Position numbers and translations under genes: made by a program. A stretch of 64,000 nucleotides of DNA. It comes from a virus. Where the stretch lies: the IMG/VR virus record IMGVR_UViG_3300035670_000028, positions 1 to 64,000 of that record. The stretch is one strand, 5' to 3'. This document shows positions 57,401 to 64,000 of this stretch, one piece after another. The notes beneath the pieces are model-generated. The model was not told the DNA's origin and did not search any database. It was given only the letters and a program-made list of their open reading frames with translations. How positions within the stretch are numbered: position 1 is the first letter of the stretch; each line of letters begins with the position of its first letter.

Positions 57401-58381
57401 ATGCCGCTGAATAAGGATTTGGAGCCCATTGAGCTTCCGATGGAGCTCAAGTTTGGTAGACCTGTCAAGACTGAGTACCTCAATGCCCTCGACGCGCTCA
57501 AGGTCGAGCTCGTGGACCACCCCACACGTCAACAGGCGTGGAATGTCGCGTGGCACTACGTCAAGGCGACGTGGGCCGATCGCCCGGACATCGATCCGTC
57601 TCGTGCGACAGAGCACGAGCTCTCCAAGAACCTCGAGGACGTGTTCGGCGGCAGGACCCTGCCCGCTCCGATGGAGTGCCTAGGCTTCACGTTCCGCCTC
57701 AGTGGCCTCTCCTTCCAGGATGTGACCCACATCATTCGCCACCGAGCTGGAACGTTCGCCGCGCAGTGCACAGGTGATCGCGACCTCCGCGACGATGCAG
57801 CAGTCATTCCTGAGCCCGTCCAGAACTCCCCCGAGTTCCTCGAGCGCTGGAAGCAGATCGTGGACGACGCGAAGGAGCTCTACGCCGACATGACCGACTC
57901 CAAGGTCGTCTCGATGATGGACGCTCGCCTCATCCTGCCGAAGTGCATGACCTCGTTCTACTACATGCGCCTGCCCCTCAAGGACCTCGTCGGGTTCATC
58001 TATCAGCGTAAAGATGTTGCAATCCAAACCGCCAGTGACAATATTCTTGCCGTTAAAATGGCTGTTGAAGTTGCAAAGGTCATTCCTGAGTTCACTTCTA
58101 TGATTGATTTTGATAAGCCTGACATGCATTTTGTAAAGACATTTAGAGTCAAGGACGGTGATAAGTGGGTTTCTAGAGGAACAAACTTGTATTGGCCTGC
58201 ACAGAAGAACGATATTTTCGAATATCACCCGAATGACACGATTTATCAGTCGACCAGAGAAGATCTCAATGGCACTGATGGTGTGGGTCCACAGAAGAAG
58301 TTCACAGAGCATTGGAACGCAGGCCTCGCTGAGTTCAATCAGATCAAGTCTGATTATAATGCCTGGCGTTCTCAAAAGTGA
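57401..58381 (+). CDS. thyX: Divergent flavin-dependent thymidylate synthase-like protein
   Basis: PMEC.GFTF, RHR-X7-C in place of RHR-X7-S, DARLILP. Confidence 0.7.
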   Translation: MPLNKDLEPIELPMELKFGRPVKTEYLNALDALKVELVDHPTRQQAWNVAWHYVKATWADRPDIDPSRATEHELSKNLEDVFGGRTLPAPMECLGFTFRLSGLSFQDVTHIIRHRAGTFAAQCTGDRDLRDDAAVIPEPVQNSPEFLERWKQIVDDAKELYADMTDSKVVSMMDARLILPKCMTSFYYMRLPLKDLVGFIYQRKDVAIQTASDNILAVKMAVEVAKVIPEFTSMIDFDKPDMHFVKTFRVKDGDKWVSRGTNLYWPAQKNDIFEYHPNDTIYQSTREDLNGTDGVGPQKKFTEHWNAGLAEFNQIKSDYNAWRSQK

Positions 58382-58389
58382 TTAGTACT

Positions 58390-58403
58390 TTCTAGTACTA
58401 GAA
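58390..58403. promoter_or_regulatory. 14-bp palindrome TTCTAGTACTAGAA, candidate operator
   Basis: Perfect palindrome directly before ATAGTTA (58406) and the RHH gene. Confidence 0.45.
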
Positions 58404-58417
58404 GCATAGTTATCCTC

Positions 58418-58600
58418 ATGAAGCAAGAAAAGATCTCAATTGATATGGACACACATCGTCTTCTCAAAGTCTACTGTGCTGAGAGAGATTTAAAGATGGG
58501 TGCCTTTGTCGCGAGACTGATTCGAGAGAGGATTAGCGATGAACGAGAAAATTTGCGCCCAGTGCAAGACAAGATTTTTGCCAAAGAATCGATTAAGTAA
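58418..58600 (+). CDS. Ribbon-helix-helix DNA-binding protein
   Basis: KISIDMDTHRLLKVYCAERDLKMGAFVARLI strand-helix-helix pattern. Confidence 0.65.
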   Translation: MKQEKISIDMDTHRLLKVYCAERDLKMGAFVARLIRERISDERENLRPVQDKIFAKESIK

Positions 58601-59435
58601 TAAGTCTGGTTTCTTCTTCTGTTCAAAAGAGTGCATTTATCTTGCACAAAAGAAGAACGGTGTCACGTATGAGCTTCGTCGAAAGAGATCGTTAGAAAAG
58701 TACGGTAAAGACTTTCCAATCTCTTGTGATGAGATCAAAGAAAAGCGCAAGAAGAATAATATTGAAAAGTATGGTGTTGCTAATACGTTTGAGCTTGATG
58801 CTGTTAAAGAGAAGACAAAGAAGACCACACGTGAGCGATATGGTGTCGATGTCTACTCACAAACCATAGAATTCAAGTCTAAAATTGAGGAAACAAATCT
58901 AAAGAGATTTGGGTACAAGTCTCCAATAGAAAATCCTGATATTCTCGCACAGCGCCGTCAAACAATGACAGACCGATATGGTGGACCATCAACTTTAGAG
59001 TCGCCTATTCTACGTGAAAAAATGGAAGCGACTTGTCGTGATTTGTTTGGAACATCGAATATAGTCATGTCACCGCAGTTTATTTCATCATCTATGGATA
59101 AGAAATTGCTAAAGACACACGGCAAGACATGGCAGCAGTACATAGATGATCTACCAGCTCTTCAGGATTATCGTCGTAAAGTTGAACACATTACACGGCA
59201 GCAAGCAGTTGAAACTTTGCCCTACTATGATAAATGGGGTGAATATCATCTTGATCACAAATTTTCTATTGCTGAAGGATTTAGGCAAGGGTTATCACCA
59301 GAAATCATTGGAAATATTGCAAATTTGGAATTTATTCCTGCCCACGAAAATATGAGTAAGCAGGATGATTGTTCAATTGACAAGCATAGTCTACTATTAG
59401 AAATTGAGAGGATGAAAGGTCATAACAATGAGTGA
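58539..59435 (+). CDS. Putative HNH homing endonuclease with (E/K)KYG repeats
   Basis: CAQC..FCSKEC; repeated EKYG/ERYG; YHLDHKFSI..GNIANL..IPAHENMSK; AT-rich. Confidence 0.75.
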   Translation: MNEKICAQCKTRFLPKNRLSNKSGFFFCSKECIYLAQKKNGVTYELRRKRSLEKYGKDFPISCDEIKEKRKKNNIEKYGVANTFELDAVKEKTKKTTRERYGVDVYSQTIEFKSKIEETNLKRFGYKSPIENPDILAQRRQTMTDRYGGPSTLESPILREKMEATCRDLFGTSNIVMSPQFISSSMDKKLLKTHGKTWQQYIDDLPALQDYRRKVEHITRQQAVETLPYYDKWGEYHLDHKFSIAEGFRQGLSPEIIGNIANLEFIPAHENMSKQDDCSIDKHSLLLEIERMKGHNNE

Positions 59436-59901
59436 AAATAAGTTTGGACGTACTTTGAAGATGTATCTTGCCGCAGGCTGGTTCAATCCCGTTCAGGATG
59501 CTGAACTCACTAGACTTGAACAGATCATGGAGGCACGTAAGGACTGGATTGAGATGGCGTCTCCTCGTCGTATCTTCATCTGTCCGCCAAATGCTTCGCG
59601 CGAGGTTCAAGATGCGACATATCAGGGCAATCTGAAGCACATTCGAGAAGCAGATTTTCTTGTAGTCAATACGCGCGACAAGGATCTAGGGACTATTATG
59701 GAGTGTGGATATGCCACTGCTTTCGACAAGCACATCATCTACTTCTGTGCTGGACTTCCTGCCGGCGCAAAGTTCAACCTGATGTTGAGCAGGTCAGGTG
59801 CGCGTGTGTGCACGACCTTCGAGCAGCTTGAGGACTACCTGGATCGCTGCAAGGCGGCAGGCGAGATGCTGTACGAGCCCTACGACAAGGAAATTGAGTG
59901 A
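59428..59901 (+). CDS. Nucleoside 2-deoxyribosyltransferase/N-glycosidase family protein
   Basis: YLAAGWF, ADFLVV..D.GTIMECGYA, FNLML. Confidence 0.8.
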   Translation: MSENKFGRTLKMYLAAGWFNPVQDAELTRLEQIMEARKDWIEMASPRRIFICPPNASREVQDATYQGNLKHIREADFLVVNTRDKDLGTIMECGYATAFDKHIIYFCAGLPAGAKFNLMLSRSGARVCTTFEQLEDYLDRCKAAGEMLYEPYDKEIE

Positions 59902-60062
59902 GAAGGCTCCTGCTCGAGGATGTCCTCCTGATTGCTGCTCTCCAATCCTCTAGACCGAGTGACTGGCGGCACGCACTTCAGGAGGTGCCTCGGGAGGATG
60001 CCCTTTTGATTGCCAGGAAGAATGTCCTGGACTGGGTACCAAGCAAGGAGGAGGCGTCGTGA
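59898..60062 (+). CDS. Small hypothetical protein (54 aa, below the ORF-track cutoff)
   Basis: GTGA overlaps at both ends fill the gap exactly. Confidence 0.45.
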   Translation: MRRLLLEDVLLIAALQSSRPSDWRHALQEVPREDALLIARKNVLDWVPSKEEAS

Positions 60063-61036
60063 GAGTTCTAGTGACAGGCCACGCGGGTTTCATCGCCCGA
60101 AATCTGGTTGGAGCGTTCGGTCGACTGGGCCACACTGTGGTCGACGTCGCCTCCCGGACACTTGTTCGAAATAACAAGGGTGAGCCCTGCGTCCACAGGA
60201 ACAGCGAGTTCGCCTGGTGGTCGTACCTCGTCGACGAGCGGATCGACCTGGTGGTGCACAACGCTGCTGTGGTTGGCACCGATGTCGTTGCGCTCAGTCC
60301 TGAGGAGTCCACGCTGAGCAACGTGATGGGCACACACACTATTTGCCGTGCAGCGCGCAAGGCAAAGATCCCAGTGTGCTACATGGGCACGTCAGTCATC
60401 TACAACACGCCCAAGTATCAGCGTGAGCCGATCACCGAGCGCAGCGAGCAGCTTCCGGGCACCTTCTATGGCGCGCAGAAGCTCGCGTCGGAGCACATCG
60501 TCATGTCGACTGTTCCCGAGTGGCTCATCATGCGGCCGCTCTTCGCCTACGGTGGTGTCGGTGACATGAACTCCCTCGTCGCAAAGGGATTCTACGCCCT
60601 GCACAACGACCGAACAGGTGTGGACATGTTCCTCGATCCCCGCAAGAGCAAGGACTACATGCATGTGGAGGACTTCTGCGACGCCGTCGCTCTCGCCTGC
60701 GACAGGGGCCTGTGGTGCCAGGACTTCAACGTGTCCGCAGAGGAGCCGCTGGAGACAGGTCACATCGTGGACCTCATGTCGGAGGTCGCCGGCGATGACA
60801 TCGGACGGAGGCTCGTGTGGCGCCCGGAGACAGACTACCTCGGAAATCACCTCCTGTCATCCCAGAAGTTCCGAGATGCGACCGGGTGGAAACCTAGGTT
60901 GCCGTTCAGGGAGGGTCTCCGTCAGTCTTGGAGAAGCATCTGCAGTGGCTCTGGGGGCTATGATCCCCTCCAGCACCTGGACTCCGCCCGTGCTCGTGGT
61001 ACCGATCTCGTGGACTACTTCCCAAAGGCGAAGTGA
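60059..61036 (+). CDS. NAD-dependent epimerase/dehydratase (extended SDR)
   Basis: VLVTGHAGFIA, VHNAA, YGAQK, DYMHVED. Confidence 0.88.
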   Translation: MRVLVTGHAGFIARNLVGAFGRLGHTVVDVASRTLVRNNKGEPCVHRNSEFAWWSYLVDERIDLVVHNAAVVGTDVVALSPEESTLSNVMGTHTICRAARKAKIPVCYMGTSVIYNTPKYQREPITERSEQLPGTFYGAQKLASEHIVMSTVPEWLIMRPLFAYGGVGDMNSLVAKGFYALHNDRTGVDMFLDPRKSKDYMHVEDFCDAVALACDRGLWCQDFNVSAEEPLETGHIVDLMSEVAGDDIGRRLVWRPETDYLGNHLLSSQKFRDATGWKPRLPFREGLRQSWRSICSGSGGYDPLQHLDSARARGTDLVDYFPKAK

Positions 61037-61076
61037 GTTTTTTTTATGCCCAGCACGCTCTTTTGAACGAAAGCTA

Positions 61077-61083
61077 ATACTTA
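61077..61083 (+). promoter_or_regulatory. ATACTTA putative late promoter
   Basis: Upstream of leader gene 61141. Confidence 0.55.
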
Positions 61084-61140
61084 TAAGCATCTCCAGCGCG
61101 AGAAGTCAAACTAAACCGCTAATTTTGTAAGGAGCAAGCT

Positions 61141-61503
61141 ATGAGGATCACAGAGGGACAGCTTCGTAGGATTATTCGACAGGAAGTGAAACGGCTTCAC
61201 GAAATGCCAGCTCGCCGCGGCGGTTCAACGTTGCGCGGCTTTAACAAAGTTTTTCTTGACGGCGACCCAGAATTTGCTGATTTTACAATGTCAGTTGCAA
61301 AAATGCTTGGTAAGCCTGTAACAGCGGTCAAGATGGTTTCTACTGAGGACGACAGCGACTATTATGATATGTACATTGAACAAATACAGGGTGAAACGCC
61401 TATAAGCGTGCCAGGATTTCCGGGTCAAGCTTCACAAGGGACACTTCAAGGAATGCCTGTAGTATTAACAAATGACATGGGTGCTGGCTTCATTTTCATG
61501 TGA
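61141..61503 (+). CDS. Leader-bearing putative head-internal protein
   Basis: MRITEGQLRRIIRQEVKRLHE; TAAGGAG RBS; AT-rich body. Confidence 0.8.
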   Translation: MRITEGQLRRIIRQEVKRLHEMPARRGGSTLRGFNKVFLDGDPEFADFTMSVAKMLGKPVTAVKMVSTEDDSDYYDMYIEQIQGETPISVPGFPGQASQGTLQGMPVVLTNDMGAGFIFM

Positions 61504-61532
61504 TTCTCTAGTCTCCACAAGTAAAATTGCAG

Positions 61533-61561
61533 TGTAAATCTGACCGCACGCAGCCTATAAT
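61533..61561 (+). promoter_or_regulatory. Sigma70-like promoter (TGTAAA-N17-TATAAT), apparently leaderless
   Basis: ATG at 61568 lies 6 nt after the -10 box. Confidence 0.55.
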
Positions 61562-61567
61562 GGTTGT

Positions 61568-61870
61568 ATGCGGTCAGACTGTTTAACAGACTTACCGAAG
61601 ACAGGTGACCTCGTTCGCGGCACTCGAGAGTTTGGGTCCTGCATCGAGGCCCAATTGTGGAACGAGAACTTTGTGATGTCGTACCCAGACGAGCCTTGGG
61701 ACACTGCGACTATTGCAGTGTATATTGAGCCGGTCTCCCGAGAGGAGCTTGGTGAGATTAGTCCAAGGGTTCCTCACAGTGGCCTTGGTCCGTTCCACCG
61801 GATCTTCTACAAGAATCGGGTGTGGCTTGTGTACGGCGATGATTCACTGGAAGCTGTGAAAGGAGAGTGA
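61568..61870 (+). CDS. Small GDLV-motif (KOW/SH3-like) protein
   Basis: PKTGDLVRG. Confidence 0.55.
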   Translation: MRSDCLTDLPKTGDLVRGTREFGSCIEAQLWNENFVMSYPDEPWDTATIAVYIEPVSREELGEISPRVPHSGLGPFHRIFYKNRVWLVYGDDSLEAVKGE

Positions 61871-62217
61871 GCGAGATGAGCGAGATTGAGAGTGCTGAGG
61901 CACCGGTGGAGAAGAGAATTACACAGGCCCTGATCGATAATGCCTTCAGCTGCCTCGATGGCCACGGGCGGCTAACCTATGCTAGGGATGAGTGCTGCAC
62001 GATCCAGCAGGTTCTGCGGGAGGCCCACGGTGTGCACCTCTCCCTGAACGAGTGCCGGCGCTTCTGGGAGTGGAGATCGGGGCTGTGGGATGCTTCCTTC
62101 CTCACGCTGGGAGGGGCGGATGAACCGGGCACCCGGAAGGAGATCCTCGAGTTCTTCACCGAGTGGCTGGATGAGCTGGATATCTGGGAGTGGAACACTG
62201 CGGAAGAGGAGGATTGA
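61867..62217 (+). CDS. Hypothetical protein
   Basis: AAGGAG RBS; GTGA overlap. Confidence 0.6.
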   Translation: MSEMSEIESAEAPVEKRITQALIDNAFSCLDGHGRLTYARDECCTIQQVLREAHGVHLSLNECRRFWEWRSGLWDASFLTLGGADEPGTRKEILEFFTEWLDELDIWEWNTAEEED

Positions 62218-62218
62218 G

Positions 62219-62677
62219 ATGATCAAGAAGAGGAAGGGCTGGTTCAGGCACATTAAGCCGAGCTCCCCGGTGTGCCCGAGGAAGCCGGAGAGGATGCTGA
62301 AGCGCGAGAGGCTAACGATCCTGTATGAACACTGCGGGAGCAGGATGAACCTATCAGAGATTCCCCTCCCCGAGGGGAAGGGCCTGGCTGATATCCAGCT
62401 GAGCGCTAGCGGGGATGAGGATGGTGATATCACCCTCGAGTTCTACACCCGGGAGGAGTACGAGGAGGAGAACCCCCACTACGAGCGCGAGATGAAGCAC
62501 TACAAGGCAGTGTACGCCAAGTACGAGCAGCTGAGGGATGAGTTCAAGGCCGAGCTAGCTGAGTGGAAGGCGTGGAATGCCGAGCAGGATGCTGCTGATG
62601 TGAAGGAGCGCCTCGAGGCTGCAGAGAGGCTGCTCCGCCAGCACGGCCGGCTCCCTGGAGGCCCGAGTGTGGGCTGA
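62219..62677 (+). CDS. Hypothetical coiled-coil protein
   Basis: GAGGAGG RBS before MIKKRK. Confidence 0.6.
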   Translation: MIKKRKGWFRHIKPSSPVCPRKPERMLKRERLTILYEHCGSRMNLSEIPLPEGKGLADIQLSASGDEDGDITLEFYTREEYEEENPHYEREMKHYKAVYAKYEQLRDEFKAELAEWKAWNAEQDAADVKERLEAAERLLRQHGRLPGGPSVG

Positions 62678-62969
62678 TCCTGATCGGGCCATCCTAACCT
62701 ACCCACTCTTTGCGGGAGGCACCCTGGAGTTCGGGTGGGCCCGCTCCGGTGGCGGCATGAGCGTGGGCACGAATCCCCTCATGGCCCGCGTGCTAGTGCC
62801 ACCCTCTGGCGGCGAGTATCCCTCCGGCTGGTTCGTGGTGCAGGGCAAGCGCTCGCTCATCAAGGTGAAGGCCGAGTTCGATACCTACGGTGGTTTCATC
62901 CCAGATTGGCTCCGCGCAGATATGTTCGAGCACCACTACAACCTCCTCAGGATAGGCACCAGTGCGTGA
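62667..62969 (+). CDS. Hypothetical protein
   Basis: GGAGG RBS before the GTG start. Confidence 0.5.
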   Translation: MWADPDRAILTYPLFAGGTLEFGWARSGGGMSVGTNPLMARVLVPPSGGEYPSGWFVVQGKRSLIKVKAEFDTYGGFIPDWLRADMFEHHYNLLRIGTSA

Positions 62970-63051
62970 TCTGGCTCGCGAGCTGAGGAGGGGAGATCTC
63001 GTGCGGATCACGCGGTGCATGGTTAAGTTGCAGCGTGGGGATTCAACCTAA
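62962..63051 (+). pseudogene. Truncated copy of the GDLV gene start
   Basis: VRDLARELRRGDLVRITR... stops after 29 codons; matches the start of 63422..63712. Confidence 0.5.
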
Positions 63052-63057
63052 TACTTA
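63051..63057 (+). promoter_or_regulatory. ATACTTA putative late promoter, apparently leaderless
   Basis: Ends 5 nt before the ATG at 63063; no RBS. Confidence 0.55.
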
Positions 63058-63062
63058 TCACC

Positions 63063-63332
63063 ATGCGAATCACACTCAACGAGCTCCGCCTGATCATCAG
63101 GGAGGCGCTGGCTCAGCCCATGGAGTTCAAGCAGGCCGAGGAGCTCTACTCTGAACTGATCATGGGTGCCATGAGGGATAACCGCGGGAATGTTTCCGCC
63201 ATGCAGGCCGCCATGCGTGCCATCCCCGATCAGGTGCTCAAGCTCACCGGGTGGAGTGTGGAGGAGATCCAGGCAGGAACCGAGCGGGAAACCCGCGAGA
63301 GGATCGCGGCCATGAAGCAGGGCCGGCCCTGA
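63063..63332 (+). CDS. Leader-bearing small protein
   Basis: MRITLNELRLIIREAL. Confidence 0.7.
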   Translation: MRITLNELRLIIREALAQPMEFKQAEELYSELIMGAMRDNRGNVSAMQAAMRAIPDQVLKLTGWSVEEIQAGTERETRERIAAMKQGRP

Positions 63333-63357
63333 ACATTCCCGCCCACCCGGCTACAAT
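63330..63357 (+). promoter_or_regulatory. Sigma70-like promoter (TGAACA-N16-TACAAT)
   Basis: Matches the recurrent early-type motif. Confidence 0.5.
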
Positions 63358-63421
63358 TAGGCCAGGATGAGCAAGATTATAATTCCAGAGGATTACTCGG
63401 CCCCAACCCGGATGAGCACCA

Positions 63422-63712
63422 GTGCGTGATCTGCAGGCAGGAGATCTCGTGCGGATCACCCGGCAGCCAACTGATGATCCCCGCGCTGGGTGCTCCCACT
63501 TCTGGTGCGAGGAGGCTGGGCTATCCCTCCCCATCCCCTGGGGCACCGGCTGCCTGGTGGTTGATGTTGATGGCAGGAGCTCGCTGGGTAACGAGCTCAT
63601 TCACTTCATACATGAGGAGCGCGTGTTCGCGATCACCAAGTACCAGGTTGACTACTCGCACCCAGCGGGCCGAGTGGTGAGGCACCTGTGGTGCGAGCTG
63701 GTGGGAGGCTGA
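63422..63712 (+). CDS. Small GDLV-motif protein
   Basis: LQAGDLVRIT..G.GCLVV. Confidence 0.55.
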   Translation: MRDLQAGDLVRITRQPTDDPRAGCSHFWCEEAGLSLPIPWGTGCLVVDVDGRSSLGNELIHFIHEERVFAITKYQVDYSHPAGRVVRHLWCELVGG

Positions 63713-63715
63713 GAG

Positions 63716-63952
63716 GTGAAAGAATTCAGCAGCACCATCAGGCCCGGCGATCTCGTTCGCCCGAACCACTCGCGCGAGCACAATAAGAACAATGTGGGGA
63801 TCGTTCTCGAGATCTGCCAGCATCCACTTGCTGAGAGCGAGTTCATGGCACTCGTAATGTGGCCAGCGAATCCACCGGTGGAGCCAGCCTGGTTCCGGGC
63901 AGGTGGGCTGGAGAGGGTATCCCGTGCAAATGGGATGGGAGATGGGGTATAG
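63716..63952 (+). CDS. Small GDLV-motif protein
   Basis: IRPGDLVRP..VGIVLEI..VMW..LERVS. Confidence 0.6.
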   Translation: MKEFSSTIRPGDLVRPNHSREHNKNNVGIVLEICQHPLAESEFMALVMWPANPPVEPAWFRAGGLERVSRANGMGDGV

Positions 63953-63953
63953 T
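63925..63953 (+). promoter_or_regulatory. Sigma70-like promoter (TGCAAA-N17-TATAGT)
   Basis: ATG at 63960 lies 6 nt after the -10 box; that ORF runs off the window end. Confidence 0.45.
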
Positions 63954-64000
63954 GGTACCATGGAGGAAGTGATGGCTGAGCCCAAGTGGAAGAAGTGCAG

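Larger units (their letters stand above)
62956..63459 (+). repeat. Bipartite direct repeat flanking a leader-gene cassette
   Basis: GCACCAGTGCGTGATCTG at 62956 and 63416; GGAGATCTCGTGCGGATCAC at 62992 and 63440. Confidence 0.8.
61791..64000. other. GWC (GAC/GTC)-depleted tract B
   Basis: Only one GAC/GTC (at 63650) seen in 2.2 kb of GC-rich sequence. Confidence 0.9.

Noticed and set aside
1-64000. Alternative genetic code (stop-codon reassignment), as in some large phages
   Set aside because: Core genes are full length in the standard code, and TAA, TAG and TGA all terminate genes at sensible positions.
1-64000. CRISPR array, tRNA genes, introns or inteins
   Set aside because: No spaced repeat array or cloverleaf was noticed by eye. 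RecA, helicase, NrdA and NrdB are of normal length and uninterrupted. tRNAscan was not run.
48974-64000. GWC loss as avoidance of a type I-D CRISPR PAM (GTH)
   Set aside because: GTT and GTA remain common in both tracts; only GTC and GAC are lost.

Overview
This window is a 64-kb segment of a large contractile-tailed (T4-superfamily-like) bacteriophage genome. It is read in the standard genetic code and is almost entirely on the + strand. Gene order: leader-bearing putative head-internal proteins (two with ADP-ribosyltransferase R-S-E motifs); a PAS protein plus a membrane protein; neck and tail-terminator proteins; two tail sheaths; a tail tube flanked by two homing-endonuclease-like genes; tail assembly chaperones; tape measure and baseplate genes; a replication block (short PolA, HD protein, gp32-like SSB, RecA, 5'-3' exonuclease, DnaB-like helicase, nrdB/nrdA, ClpP); tail-fibre-like genes; a repair/nucleotide cluster (MBD4-like and Nei-like glycosylases, dUTPase/MazG-like, HAD, divergent ThyX, deoxyribosyltransferase, NDP-sugar epimerase); and a variable region of small genes. 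Five signals stand out. (1) A shared N-terminal leader, MRITEGQLRRIIRQE...LxE, is fused to unrelated cargo domains, including ART enzymes, which suggests a capsid-packaged effector system. (2) Two sharply bounded tracts (about 48974-53283 and 61791-64000) almost lack the self-complementary trinucleotide GWC (GAC/GTC); the first lies next to a eukaryote-like MBD4 G:T glycosylase gene. (3) There is a likely +1 frameshift in the tail chaperone gene. (4) A hairpin sequesters the RBS of an HNH gene and carries a -10 box in its loop. (5) Two promoter classes are present, several apparently giving leaderless mRNAs. All family assignments come from motif recognition by eye, and all counts are manual.
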